This document shows, one piece after another, positions 16,657 to 26,541 of a DNA stretch of 64,000 nucleotides (position 1 is the stretch's first letter; every line of letters starts with the position of its first letter). The notes beneath the pieces are model-generated. The model saw nothing but the letters and a program-made list of their open reading frames with translations. It had not been told where the DNA came from and made no database searches. Source of the stretch: Hyalangium minutum. GTDB lineage: Bacteria; Myxococcota; Myxococcia; Myxococcales; Myxococcaceae. The stretch is taken from NCBI RefSeq assembly GCF_000737315.1, contig NZ_JMCB01000008.1:1-64000 (forward strand), in the 5' to 3' direction. Position numbers and translations under genes: made by a program.

Positions 16657-18560
16657 CAGCGGCCCACCTTGCGCAGCGCGGCCTTCGCCAGCTTCGAGTT
16701 CGGGTTGAGCTCCAGCACCTTCAAGAGCTTCTTGCGCGCCGAGGTCGCGTCCTCCAGCTCATTGTCGATGATGGCCGAGATAATCTGCGCCCGCTCCAGG
16801 GACGCGTTCAGCGAGAGCGCCCGCTTGAGCACCTTCTGCGCCTCCTTCGCTCGATCCTTCACCGTCCCCAGCGCCGAGTGGTACGTGGCCCACGCCAGAT
16901 AGGAGTAGTACTCGGGCTCGCGCGGGTTGAGCGCCACCGCCTCCTCGAAGAGCTGGAGCGCCATCCGGTAGTCCTTCTTCCGCAGGTACGACTCGCCCCG
17001 GCGGATGAGGATCTCCGCGTCCACGTTGATGGCGTTCACCCGCCCGCCCACTTCCAGCTTGCTCAGCAGGTATTGGAGATACGCCTTGCGCTTCTCCTCC
17101 ACCGACAGCACCCGGTACGACGCCGACAGCTTCTCCTGCACCGAGTCCAGCAAGTCCATCAGGTCCGACAGGTCGTACTCAGCGAAGTTGTCCGGGTGAA
17201 ACTTCATCGCCGTCTCGTGGTAGGCGCGCTCCACCGCCTCCATGTCCGCCGCGATGTCCAAGCCCAGGCTGTGGAAGTAGCTGCTGGTGATGATCTTCAC
17301 CGCGCCCTCGCGCAGCGTGGCCCCCAGCTCCGGAGGGATGGCCTTGCGCTTGCGCGGGGCAATCACGTCCGGCACCGCCGCGAACGCCGCGCCCTCCGCC
17401 GCCACCGGCGTCGCCGAGAACGTCACCCCGCCCGTGAGCCGCAGGAACCACAGCAACGAGTACCCACGCCGCAGATCGCCCCGGCCGTGCGCCAGCAAGT
17501 CGCGCAGCAGCAGCCGGCCGTTGATCTGCATGGCGATCTTCAGATCGTCCGTGTCCAGTCCCAGCGCCGGCAGATCCTTGCTGAACTCCGGCGAGCGCAC
17601 CGGGTACTCCCCGAGGTGCCTGCGCAGCGGCCCCGCCAGCACCTTGAGCGGAATCGCCCGCCGCGCCCCCTCCAGCACTGGCGCCAGAGAGGGGATCTCC
17701 ACCGTGGCCACTTCCTGCTGGAACTCGTCGCCCGCGTAGAAGGCAAAGCGCCCCTCGCGCATGCCCACCACCTGGGCCAGCCGATCCCGCGTGTAGGTCC
17801 GAAGGATCTCCAGCAGCTCCTCGCCCGCCGCCTCTACCCCGGCATCCGCCAGCGCCGCGCCAATGCGCAGCCCCGAGGCCAGCGCCTGCAGCACGATCTC
17901 CGCCTGGGCCTCGGTGGCGATCTTCCGCTCCAGCAGGAAGCTGGGCAGCGCGTCCTGGCGCGCCGTCGAGTCGTAGTTCACCGCCCCGCCCCGAGCGAAG
18001 AAGACCCGGCGGGTGAGCTCCCGGTAGGCGACCACCAACACCCCATCCTTGCGCTGGCGATAGAGCAGGTGCACCAGCTCCGGCAGCGGGTGGCCCTTGA
18101 GGTCCCCCGCCGTCATCGCCGGCCGGTCGAGCATCGCTTCGATGCCCTTGGTGGGCGCCTGAGCCGCCGCCGCCTTCACCAGCTCGTCCAGCTTGGGGAC
18201 CAGCTCGCCCGGCTTGAGGGGGTCCTGGATGTAGGCGTTCACCTTGAGGCCCAGGACCGACTGCACGCCCTTCGCCTTGCCCAGGTGCCCCTTGTCGATG
18301 GCGACGATGGGCACCCGCGCTCCCTGCTTGTGGTTGCGGATGAGCTGGCCCACATGGCCGCCCTCCAGCCGAGGCAGATCCACCCCCAGCACCACCACGT
18401 CCGGGTTGTCCGCCGCGAAGTGCTCAAGGGCCGACACTGGGTCGGACACCGCGCGCACGGTGTAGCCGGCCTGGGCCAGCAACCCGGTGAGGTGCTCGAG
18501 CGTGGGGGGGTGGCTCTCAGCGAGCAGAAGCGTCTTCAAGGGCGCTCGGAGTGTACACAT
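16656..18560 (-). CDS. Pseudo-receiver / DUF4388 / DnaJ / TPR multidomain protein
   Basis: Receiver-like N-terminus, DUF4388-like segment, J-domain KFHPD, TPR C-terminus; true start possibly TTG at 18539. Confidence 0.8.
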   Translation of the reverse strand: MCTLRAPLKTLLLAESHPPTLEHLTGLLAQAGYTVRAVSDPVSALEHFAADNPDVVVLGVDLPRLEGGHVGQLIRNHKQGARVPIVAIDKGHLGKAKGVQSVLGLKVNAYIQDPLKPGELVPKLDELVKAAAAQAPTKGIEAMLDRPAMTAGDLKGHPLPELVHLLYRQRKDGVLVVAYRELTRRVFFARGGAVNYDSTARQDALPSFLLERKIATEAQAEIVLQALASGLRIGAALADAGVEAAGEELLEILRTYTRDRLAQVVGMREGRFAFYAGDEFQQEVATVEIPSLAPVLEGARRAIPLKVLAGPLRRHLGEYPVRSPEFSKDLPALGLDTDDLKIAMQINGRLLLRDLLAHGRGDLRRGYSLLWFLRLTGGVTFSATPVAAEGAAFAAVPDVIAPRKRKAIPPELGATLREGAVKIITSSYFHSLGLDIAADMEAVERAYHETAMKFHPDNFAEYDLSDLMDLLDSVQEKLSASYRVLSVEEKRKAYLQYLLSKLEVGGRVNAINVDAEILIRRGESYLRKKDYRMALQLFEEAVALNPREPEYYSYLAWATYHSALGTVKDRAKEAQKVLKRALSLNASLERAQIISAIIDNELEDATSARKKLLKVLELNPNSKLAKAALRKVGR

Positions 18561-18596
18561 TTGCCCGCCCCGCTTCAGTTACGATGCGCGCCCCCG

Positions 18597-19751
18597 ATGA
18601 ACTCCGCCCCGCAGATTCTCGTTGTCACGGGTGAGGCCTCCGGCGACGCCCACGCCGCCGAGCTCGTTGCCGCCCTCCAAGCCCGCCGCCCAGACCTCCG
18701 GTTCTTCGGGATGGGGGGCTCCAAGCTCGCCGCCCGAGGGGTAGAGATTCTCTATGGCGCCCACGAGGTCTCCGTCATGGGCATCACCGAGGTGCTGCCC
18801 AAGATTCCCCGCATTCTCCAGGTGCTCAAAGGAATTGCCGCCGCCGCCGCCGAGCGCCGCCCCACCTGCGCCATCCTGGTGGACATCCCCGACTTCAACC
18901 TGCGCCTGGCCGCGAAGCTGAAAGCACTGGGTGTTCCAGTCGCCTACTACGTGTCCCCCATGATCTGGGCCTGGCGCCGGGGCCGGGTGAAGACCATCCG
19001 CAAGCTCGTGGACCGGATGCTCTGCATCCTCCCCTTCGAGGAGGCTTTCTACCGGGACTCGGGGGTGGACGCCCGGTATGTGGGCAGCCCCGTGGTGGAG
19101 CAGGTCCCCGCCCCCTCCAGCGCCGCGGACTTCCGCCAGCGGCTCGGGCTCTCCGTCGAGGCCCCCACCCTCGCCCTGCTGCCAGGCAGCCGCATGAGTG
19201 AGATCCGCCGCCTGCTGCCCGACATGGTGCGCGCGGCGAAGCAGCTCTCGGCCGAGCGCCCCGGCCTGCAGATCGTCGTCCCTGTTGCGCCCACCATTGC
19301 CCGTGAGGAAATCACCTCCCGCTTCGAGGGCAGCGGCCTCTCTCCCCAGCTCATCGACGGACGGGCGCCCGAGGTGGTGGGTGCCAGCGATGCGGCCATC
19401 GTCGCCTCGGGGACGGCGGTGCTGGAGTCGGGGCTCATGCAGCGCCCGCTCGTGGTCGTCTACCGGGTCTCATTCATCACGTACCTCGTCGGCCGCCTCA
19501 TGCTGAAGGTGGCCCATGTGTCCCTGGTGAACTTGCTCGCGAACCGCCGGCTCGTCCCCGAGCTGCTCCAGGGCGACATGACGCCCGAGCGCATCGCCTC
19601 CGAGGTCCGCCGCGTGTGGGAACCGGGCCCACCTCGTGAGGAGATGCTCCGGGGCCTAGAGGAAGTGCGCGGACGGCTCGGAGGTCCCGGCGCCGCCGAG
19701 CGGGCCGCAGAGGCGGTGCTCGAGTTGCTCCCCCCGGCCACCAAATTTTGA
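18597..19751 (+). CDS. lpxB: Lipid-A-disaccharide synthase
   Basis: VTGEASGD, VDIPDFN, YYVSPMIWAWR, ILPFE, YVGSP, LLPGSRMSEI, SGTAVLE. Confidence 0.96.
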   Translation: MNSAPQILVVTGEASGDAHAAELVAALQARRPDLRFFGMGGSKLAARGVEILYGAHEVSVMGITEVLPKIPRILQVLKGIAAAAAERRPTCAILVDIPDFNLRLAAKLKALGVPVAYYVSPMIWAWRRGRVKTIRKLVDRMLCILPFEEAFYRDSGVDARYVGSPVVEQVPAPSSAADFRQRLGLSVEAPTLALLPGSRMSEIRRLLPDMVRAAKQLSAERPGLQIVVPVAPTIAREEITSRFEGSGLSPQLIDGRAPEVVGASDAAIVASGTAVLESGLMQRPLVVVYRVSFITYLVGRLMLKVAHVSLVNLLANRRLVPELLQGDMTPERIASEVRRVWEPGPPREEMLRGLEEVRGRLGGPGAAERAAEAVLELLPPATKF

Positions 19752-19814
19752 GGTCGCCGTGGCCACCAAAGTTTGAAGTGGCCGCGCCTGGGCTCTGCTA
19801 TGTCCCGCCGCGAC

Positions 19815-20519
19815 ATGAATCGCGCGTTGGTCTGCATCCCCACTTACAACGAGGCGGATAACCTCGGTCCCATTACCCAGGCTGTGCTCAAGGCCGAGCC
19901 TCGGGTGGACATCCTCGTCGTCGATGACAACTCGCCGGATGGCACCGGGAAGCTCGCTGACGAGCTCGCTGCCAAAGAGCCGCGCATCCGCGTGCTTCAC
20001 CGCGAGAAGAAGGAGGGCCTGGGCCGCGCGTACCTCGCCGCCTTCCGCTGGGCGCTCGCCGAGGGCTACACGTACATCATCGAGATGGACGCGGACTTCA
20101 GCCACGATCCGCGCTACCTGCCCGGCCTGCTGGATACAGCCGAGGCCGGTGCGGACCTGGTGCTGGGCTCGCGCTACGTCCATGGCGGCGGCACGGTGAA
20201 CTGGGGCGTGGGGCGGAAGGTCATCAGCCGGGGAGGTTCGCTCTACGCACGCACCATCCTCGGGGTGGACGTGAGGGATCTGACGGGCGGCTTCAAGTGC
20301 TTCAACCGCCGCGTCCTGGAGAGCATCGAGCTCGACCAGGTGAAGAGCACCGGCTACGCCTTCCAGATCGAGCTCACCTACCGCACGCTCAAGAAGGGCT
20401 TCACCGTGCGCGAGCTGCCCATCGTCTTCGAGGATCGCCGCGTCGGGCAGTCGAAGATGAGCCGGAAGATCTTCCTCGAGGCGCTCACCATGGTGTGGAA
20501 GCTCCGGCTGACGGTGTGA
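19815..20519 (+). CDS. Polyprenol monophosphomannose synthase-like GT2
   Basis: IPTYNEADN, VVDDNSPDGTG, GLGRAY, EMDADFSHDP, GSRY, DLTGGFKC, GYAFQIE, FEDRRVGQSKM. Confidence 0.88.
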   Translation: MNRALVCIPTYNEADNLGPITQAVLKAEPRVDILVVDDNSPDGTGKLADELAAKEPRIRVLHREKKEGLGRAYLAAFRWALAEGYTYIIEMDADFSHDPRYLPGLLDTAEAGADLVLGSRYVHGGGTVNWGVGRKVISRGGSLYARTILGVDVRDLTGGFKCFNRRVLESIELDQVKSTGYAFQIELTYRTLKKGFTVRELPIVFEDRRVGQSKMSRKIFLEALTMVWKLRLTV

Positions 20520-20520
20520 C

Positions 20521-21150
20521 GTGAGCGCCTACCTCACCCACTTCCTCGTCTCGCTGTCCGCGGTCTTCTTCGTGGTGGACCCCATCGGCGTGGTGCCCAT
20601 CTTCCTGGCCATCACCGCGGGGGACTCGCAGACGAAGATGCGCCGCACGGCCCTGCGGGCCTGCATCGTGGCCGGGGGCCTGCTGTGCTTCTTCGCCGTG
20701 TTCGGCGGCGTCATCTTCCAGGTGTTCGGCGTCTCGCTGGCCGCCTTCCGCGTGGCCGGCGGCATCCTGCTGCTCATCACCTCGCTGGACATGCTCCGCG
20801 CCCGCCCTTCCGAGACGCGCACCACCCCCTCCGAGGAACAGGAGGGCGTCGCCAAGGAGGACGTGGCCCTGGTGCCGCTGGCCATGCCGCTGCTGGCCGG
20901 GCCCGGCGCCATCGCCAGTGCCATGGTGCTGATGTCCAAGGGGGAGAGCCCGCTGATGGGCGTCCCAGTGCTCGCCGCCATCGTCCTCACGTTCGTGGCG
21001 GCCTACTTCATCCTCCGCGCTTCCCACCTGGTGCAGCGCGTGCTCAAGCAGTCCGGCGTCGCCATCCTCGAGCGCGTAATGGGGCTCATCCTCGCCGCCA
21101 TCGCCGTGCAGTTCATGGCCGACGGCGCCAAGGACCTGCTCGCGCGCTGA
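20521..21150 (+). CDS. MarC family membrane protein
   Basis: VVDPIGVVPIF, FRVAGGILL, VALVPLAMPLLAGPGAI, RVMGLILAAIAVQF. Confidence 0.93.
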   Translation: MSAYLTHFLVSLSAVFFVVDPIGVVPIFLAITAGDSQTKMRRTALRACIVAGGLLCFFAVFGGVIFQVFGVSLAAFRVAGGILLLITSLDMLRARPSETRTTPSEEQEGVAKEDVALVPLAMPLLAGPGAIASAMVLMSKGESPLMGVPVLAAIVLTFVAAYFILRASHLVQRVLKQSGVAILERVMGLILAAIAVQFMADGAKDLLAR

Positions 21151-21151
21151 G

Positions 21152-21604
21152 TCAGTCGGACGCGGACGCCCAGCCGCCCTCGGGGTTGCGGCGGACCACA
21201 CCCTGGGTCACCTCGCTCATCGACAGCCCCTCCGGACCGGACCGGCGCGCGTCGTACGCATAGCCGTTCGGCGTCTCCTGCAGGTAGACCACCAGCCCCT
21301 GCCGCCCGAGCTGCCGCACCACGCGGAACTGGGTGTCTCCGCACTCGGGCGAGTCGCCCACGAAGAAGCGCTCCAGAAGCCCCTCCTCGGGCTTGCGCAC
21401 GAAGACCGTCACCGGCACGGGCGGCTCCGTCCCATCGCCGGCGAACGCCGCCAGTTCCTGGGCCGGCAGCGGCTCGCTCAGGACCATCCGCACCAGCGCG
21501 CACTTCTCCTCCTCTTGATGGAGGCTCTGCGCAACCGGAACGGCGGAATGTGCGCAGCCCACAAGGGCAAGGCCGAGCGTGGTGGAGAGGGCAAGGCGAT
21601 TCAT
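21152..21604 (-). CDS. Hypothetical lipoprotein
   Basis: MNRLALSTTLGLALVG/C lipobox; GGAGG upstream. Confidence 0.7.
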   Translation of the reverse strand: MNRLALSTTLGLALVGCAHSAVPVAQSLHQEEEKCALVRMVLSEPLPAQELAAFAGDGTEPPVPVTVFVRKPEEGLLERFFVGDSPECGDTQFRVVRQLGRQGLVVYLQETPNGYAYDARRSGPEGLSMSEVTQGVVRRNPEGGWASASD

Positions 21605-21627
21605 CCGTCGGTTCCTCCAAGAGGGTG

Positions 21628-22650
21628 TCACAGCGGTCTCCACTGCGGAGAGAAGGGAGCGTTGATCAGCGAGGGATCGTCCACGGAGATGATGTACTCG
21701 GCACGGCGGTTGGCCGACTCGGCGGTCTCGTCCGGCGTCGGCTTGTGGGGCGCCTGCTCGCCAAAGCCCTCGAAGTAGATGGGCAATCGCGCGCCGTGCG
21801 AGCGGAAGTACGCGGCGATGCTGCGCGCCCGCTGCAGGGACAGCTCGCGGTTGGCCTGCGTAGGGCCCACCGTGTCCGTGTGCCCCAGGATGTAGAGCCG
21901 GAGCGCCGCGAACTCCCCGTAGCGCTTCACCGCCTCCGCGATCTTCTGCACGCTCTTGTCGAGCTTCGAGCGCTCCGCCGCAGGAATCTCCGCGCTGCCC
22001 GAGGCGAAGATCACCTCCTCGTGCGGGATGTCCACCTGCCACGGGAAGAACTCCACGCTCTGGTAGAAGTCCGCCGTGTCGTAGGCCTTGAGGGAGATCT
22101 TCAGCACCTTGCCGGCCGGCTTGGGCCACGTGACTTCGAGCGGCGTGCCCGCAGGCTCGCCCTTGAACTTGATCTCGCCATCGAAGGCGTTCCAGCCGGA
22201 GTCCGACACCACCGTCAGCTTCGCCTTGCCCGCGGGCCGCGAGAGCTTGAAGCGCAGCTTGCGCTCCGCCAAGTCCAGGTCCTCCTTGGACACCGTGAGC
22301 GTCAGCGGCCCCAGCAGCTCCGTGTCGAAGGACAGCGGCATCTTCCCGGGCTGTGCGCCCTTGAAGCGCACCGTCAGCTCGCCCTCGTAGTGGAAGCGGC
22401 CCTCGGGCTGCTCCAGTTCCAGGGTGCGCGTCATTCCAGGCTTCCCGCCGTCCTTGAACTCGAACTCCTTGCCGTCCGAGCGCTTCAGCTTCACGTCGAA
22501 GCCGAGGATGGGCTCGAGAATCTCCACCTTCAGCGCTGGCAGGCCCTGGCCCAGCGGTACGCGCGAGTCGAGGGACACATGAATGGCATCCCCTGCCAAA
22601 GCAGGCGAGGAGGCAAGAGCAAGGCAGAGCAGGAGGACGCGAACGTTCAT
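21628..22650 (-). CDS. Exported OmpA_C-like domain protein
   Basis: Signal peptide; C-terminal IFASGSAEI, GHTDTVG, NRELSLQRARSI, GFGE, NRRAE. Confidence 0.85.
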   Translation of the reverse strand: MNVRVLLLCLALASSPALAGDAIHVSLDSRVPLGQGLPALKVEILEPILGFDVKLKRSDGKEFEFKDGGKPGMTRTLELEQPEGRFHYEGELTVRFKGAQPGKMPLSFDTELLGPLTLTVSKEDLDLAERKLRFKLSRPAGKAKLTVVSDSGWNAFDGEIKFKGEPAGTPLEVTWPKPAGKVLKISLKAYDTADFYQSVEFFPWQVDIPHEEVIFASGSAEIPAAERSKLDKSVQKIAEAVKRYGEFAALRLYILGHTDTVGPTQANRELSLQRARSIAAYFRSHGARLPIYFEGFGEQAPHKPTPDETAESANRRAEYIISVDDPSLINAPFSPQWRPL

Positions 22651-22697
22651 GGGAGCGGCAACCTCGGGCATGCCGGGCGGGGGGCAACAGGGCCCCC

Positions 22698-22746
22698 GCA
22701 AAAATGATTCCCCGAAGCCGACGGTAGGACGGCGCCTGAATTCAGG
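22698..22746 (-). promoter_or_regulatory. Possible sigma54-like promoter plus 12-bp palindrome upstream of the OmpA-domain gene
   Basis: GG-AATCATTTTT-GC at 22711-22698 (minus); CCTGAATTCAGG at 22735-22746. Confidence 0.3.
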
Positions 22747-22796
22747 GAATGGGTCCCGAGAGGCGCTTGGCACGCCCGAAAGAGGACACGCCGCGC

Positions 22797-23600
22797 TCAG
22801 CTCACGCCTACCACCGTAATCCCTTGGGATTCCGCCGCTTTGAAGAGCTGAGGAGCGTCCAGCAGCACCGTCCTCCCGGCCTCCAGGGCTAGCACCGCGG
22901 CCCCCACCTCGCGCATGACCTCCAAGGTGCGAGGCCCGGCCGCCGGTAAATCGAAGCGCAGGTCCTGCCCCGGCTTGCAGCGCTTCACCACCACCGCGCC
23001 CTTGCCTCCCAGCTTGCCCCCTCGGCGGATGGTCTCGTCCGTGCCCTCCACGGCCTCCAGCGCAAGCACATGCCCGTTGCGCACCACCACCGTCTGCCCC
23101 ACATCCGCCTTCCCCAGAAGCCCCGCCACCTCTACCCCGAGCGCCACATCCTGCTCCTGCGCCGTGTGCAGCTTCGGGCCCGCCAGGTGTCCCACCGGGC
23201 AGAGCACCTCGGAGAGGTAGTCCGTGGGCGCGACGATCGTCACGCCGTGGGACTCGAAGTAGTCCGCGATGGCTCGCAGCAGCGTGTCGTCCCGGAAGCT
23301 GCGGATGCGCGAGATGATGCGCACCGCGCCCAGATCCGGCCGAGCCTCCGTGAGCGCCTTCACCCGGCCGATGCCACCCGCCATCGCCGCGCGGGCCACG
23401 CCCGCCTTCTGGAAGGTGCGGACGATCTTGTCCACCTGCCCCAGGCGGACCCACGTGAAGGAGGCCACCTGCGCCTCCAGCGCGGGATCCGTCTCGCCCC
23501 GGTGAGCCACCACCACCACCTCGAGCCCGCGAGTGCGCGCCTCGCGGGCGAAGAGGAAGGGCAGCTGTCCGTTTCCTGCGATGAGGCCGATGCGCTCCAC
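22797..23600 (-). CDS. lpxI: UDP-2,3-diacylglucosamine diphosphatase LpxI
   Basis: IGLIAGNGQLP, DVGQTVVV, ALEAVEGTDETIRR, QDLRFDLP; follows lpxA. Confidence 0.92.
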   Translation of the reverse strand: MERIGLIAGNGQLPFLFAREARTRGLEVVVVAHRGETDPALEAQVASFTWVRLGQVDKIVRTFQKAGVARAAMAGGIGRVKALTEARPDLGAVRIISRIRSFRDDTLLRAIADYFESHGVTIVAPTDYLSEVLCPVGHLAGPKLHTAQEQDVALGVEVAGLLGKADVGQTVVVRNGHVLALEAVEGTDETIRRGGKLGGKGAVVVKRCKPGQDLRFDLPAAGPRTLEVMREVGAAVLALEAGRTVLLDAPQLFKAAESQGITVVGVS

Positions 23601-23609
23601 CGGCTCAGC

Positions 23610-24386
23610 CTAGCGCGTCAGCCCGCGCTTGCTCTGGCTGATGAAATCGACCAGGTGGTCGATCTCCGGCTGGCCGCTGAACTCCGCCTTCAGCCGCGCC
23701 AGCGCTTCCGCCATCTGCAGCTTGGAGCGGAAGAGGATCTTGTACGCCTCTTTGATGCGGCCGATCTGCGCCTCGGTGAAGCCGTGACGCTCCAGGCCCA
23801 CCGTGTTCAGCCCCACCAACTCCGCCCGGTCTCCCTGGGCCATGCAGTACGGGGGCACATCCATCACCACCATGGCGCCGCCCGCCACGAAGGCGTGCTT
23901 GCCGATGCGCGTGAACTGGTGGACCGCCGTCAGCCCCGAGAAGATGACGTGATCCTCCACCATCACGTGCCCGCCGAGCGCCGCGCTGTTGGCCAGGATG
24001 CAGCCGTTGCCCACCACGCAGTCATGCGCCACGTGGCTGTTGGCCATGAAGAGGTTGCGGTTGCCAATGCGCGTGACGCCGCCACCTCCCGCCGTGCCAA
24101 TGTGCAGCGTGGTGAACTCGCGGATCTGATTCTCGTCGCCGATGATCAGCTCCGTGTCCTCGCCCCCGTACTTGAGATCCTGCGGCGCCGCACCGAGCGA
24201 GGAGAACTGGAACACGCGGTTGCGCGCGCCCAGCGTCGTCCGACCCTCGATGACGACGTGAGGACCCACGTGCGAGCCCGGACCGATCTTCACCTTCGGC
24301 CCAATCACTGAGTAGGGACCGATCTCCACCGTCTCGTGGATCTGGGCGTCCGGGTGGACAACCGCCGTGGGGTGAACCTGAGACAT
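23610..24386 (-). CDS. lpxA: UDP-N-acetylglucosamine O-acyltransferase
   Basis: HPTAVV, hexapeptide repeats, PQDLKY, IREFTTLH, HVAHDC, AVHQF, GLNTVGLERHGF. Confidence 0.97.
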   Translation of the reverse strand: MSQVHPTAVVHPDAQIHETVEIGPYSVIGPKVKIGPGSHVGPHVVIEGRTTLGARNRVFQFSSLGAAPQDLKYGGEDTELIIGDENQIREFTTLHIGTAGGGGVTRIGNRNLFMANSHVAHDCVVGNGCILANSAALGGHVMVEDHVIFSGLTAVHQFTRIGKHAFVAGGAMVVMDVPPYCMAQGDRAELVGLNTVGLERHGFTEAQIGRIKEAYKILFRSKLQMAEALARLKAEFSGQPEIDHLVDFISQSKRGLTR

Positions 24387-24412
24387 GCCTTCTCTCCTTC
24401 CGTCCCCGCCGC

Positions 24413-24877
24413 TCAGGGCGCCGGTTCCTCGGCGGACTTGGCGTCCTTGTCCACCACAGTAGCGAGGAACTCACCCTCGGCGACCTTCACTCCGTCGACC
24501 GTGGCGGTGCCCTTCGTCTTCCAGATAACGCCCTTGTGGCGCAGCACTTCGATGCCCAGCTGGAGCCGGTCCCCGGGCAGCACGGGCTTGCGGAACTTCG
24601 CGTTGTCCACGCCCATCAGGTAGGTGACCTTGCTCTCCGGGTCCATGCTCTCGCTCTTGTAGGCGAGGATGGCCGAGGCCTGCGCCAGCGCCTCCAGGAT
24701 GAGCACGCCCGGCATCACCGGGTGCCCGGGGAAGTGGCCGTTGAAGAAGGGCTCGTTGATGGTGACGTTCTTGTAGGCCGTAAGCTTCTGCCCGGGGACG
24801 ATCTCCACCACGCGGTCCACCAACAAGAACGGGTAGCGGTGGGGCAGCAACCGCTGGATCTCTCCAATGTCCATCAT
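24413..24877 (-). CDS. fabZ: 3-hydroxyacyl-ACP dehydratase
   Basis: [48 protein letters not shown]. Confidence 0.97.
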   Translation of the reverse strand: MMDIGEIQRLLPHRYPFLLVDRVVEIVPGQKLTAYKNVTINEPFFNGHFPGHPVMPGVLILEALAQASAILAYKSESMDPESKVTYLMGVDNAKFRKPVLPGDRLQLGIEVLRHKGVIWKTKGTATVDGVKVAEGEFLATVVDKDAKSAEEPAP

Positions 24878-25938
24878 CCGCCCTTCTCCTTCTCGAGCAG
24901 CTCTACCCTGCGGCGCAGGGCTCGCACTTCCTTGAGCAGATCTCCCAGCTGGCCCAGCGCCGCCGAGTTCTTCAGCCAGTCCCGGTGCGGCACGGCTGGG
25001 CTGCCGGAGACCACCTGCCCATCCTCCACGTCATGCGCCACACCCGACTGGGCGCCCACCTTGGCCAGGTCACCCACGCGGATGTGGCCCACCACGCCCA
25101 CCTGCCCCGCCAGCACCACGCCGGTGCCCAGCTCGGCCGAGCCGGACACGCCCGCCTGCGCGCAGATGAGCGACAGCGGGCCCACCTTCACGTTGTGGGC
25201 GATCTGCACCAGATTGTCGATCTTCGTCCCGCGGCCGATCACCGTCTCGCCCAGCGTCGCCCGGTCGATGCAGGTGCACGCGCCCACTTCCACATCATCC
25301 TCGATGCGGACGATGCCTGTCTGCGGGATCTTGTAGTGCTCCGGCCCGTTCTCGCCCTCGGCGTTGAACGCAAAGCCGAAGCCGTCCGCCCCCACCACGC
25401 ACGAGGCGTGGAGGATGACGCGCGAGCCCACCTGGCAGCCCTCGCGCACGGCGACATTGGGATAGAGCAGGCAGTCCTCGCCTACCGTAGCTCCCTCGCC
25501 CACGTAGGCACCGGGGTAGAGGACGGAGCGAGCGCCCACGCTGGCAGCCTTCTCCACCGTGGCGCCCGCCATCACCGTGGCTTCGGGATGGACCCGAGCC
25601 TCCGGGTGAACGTGCGCCTGAGGGCTCACCCCGGGAGCGGGGCGCGGCGGCGCGTGAAACAGCGTCAGCAGCCGGGCGAAGGCCAGGTGCGGGTTGGGGA
25701 CCCGGATGAGCGCCACGCCCTGGCGGGCCGGCGCGTCGGAGCCCACCAGCACGGCGGAGGCCTTCGTCGCCTCGTACTGCTTCCGGTACTTCGTATTGCC
25801 GTAGAAGGACACGTCCCCAGAGCCCGCCTCGACGAGCCCATTGAGGCCATGGATCAGCAGGCTGGCGTCTCCCAGGAGCTCACCTGCCACATGGGTGGCG
25901 AGCTCTCCCAGCCTGCGCGGCGTAGACGTGCGGTTCAC
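24874..25938 (-). CDS. lpxD: UDP-3-O-acyl-glucosamine N-acyltransferase
   Basis: NPHLAFA, hexapeptide repeats, GADGFGF, IPQTGIV, IDRATLG, KIDNLVQIAHNV, GQVGVVGH. Confidence 0.97.
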   Translation of the reverse strand: MNRTSTPRRLGELATHVAGELLGDASLLIHGLNGLVEAGSGDVSFYGNTKYRKQYEATKASAVLVGSDAPARQGVALIRVPNPHLAFARLLTLFHAPPRPAPGVSPQAHVHPEARVHPEATVMAGATVEKAASVGARSVLYPGAYVGEGATVGEDCLLYPNVAVREGCQVGSRVILHASCVVGADGFGFAFNAEGENGPEHYKIPQTGIVRIEDDVEVGACTCIDRATLGETVIGRGTKIDNLVQIAHNVKVGPLSLICAQAGVSGSAELGTGVVLAGQVGVVGHIRVGDLAKVGAQSGVAHDVEDGQVVSGSPAVPHRDWLKNSAALGQLGDLLKEVRALRRRVELLEKEKGG

Positions 25939-25950
25939 GGCGTCAGCGCT

Positions 25951-26541
25951 CTACTTCTTGGGGGCGTCCTTGGCTACCGGCGCGTCCTTCGGAGCGGCCG
26001 GAGCCTTGGGAGCCGCGGTCTTGGGCAGGGCGTTGTAGGCGCGGATGACCTCGTTAGACAGGTCGTACTGCGTCTGCGCGTACACCAGACCGGAGTCCCG
26101 CTTCTCGAAGATGAAGGAGAAGCCATCGCGCTCGGCGATCTTCGCGATGACGCCGTCGATCTTGTCGACGATGGGCTCCATCTCCTGGCGCTCGCGGCCG
26201 GCGGCCTCTGAGCGGTAGCGGTCCCACTTCTGGGCCAGCTCCATCACCTTCCTCTGCAGCTCGGCGCCCTTCTGCATGCGCGTGTCGTCGCTCATGGCGC
26301 TGGCCTGCTTGTCCAGGGTCTCCTTCTCCTTGCGGAGGGCCTCCTGCTCCCGGTCGATCTCCTTCTGCCGGTCCTCCAGCCACTTCTGGAGGCGAGTCTT
26401 GGCGGCCTTGCCGTCCTCCACCGCCAGGAGGACCTGCTGGTAGTCCACGTAGCCGAACTTCACGGACTGCGCGGAGGCAGCGACCGGGAGGGCAAACGAC
26501 AGAGCGGCGGTCAGGACCGCCAGGGTGCTTCGAAGCGACAT
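25951..26541 (-). CDS. skp: OmpH/Skp periplasmic chaperone
   Basis: Signal peptide, KFGYVD, coiled coil, YDLSNEVI; lies between bamA and lpxD. Confidence 0.9.
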   Translation of the reverse strand: MSLRSTLAVLTAALSFALPVAASAQSVKFGYVDYQQVLLAVEDGKAAKTRLQKWLEDRQKEIDREQEALRKEKETLDKQASAMSDDTRMQKGAELQRKVMELAQKWDRYRSEAAGRERQEMEPIVDKIDGVIAKIAERDGFSFIFEKRDSGLVYAQTQYDLSNEVIRAYNALPKTAAPKAPAAPKDAPVAKDAPKK

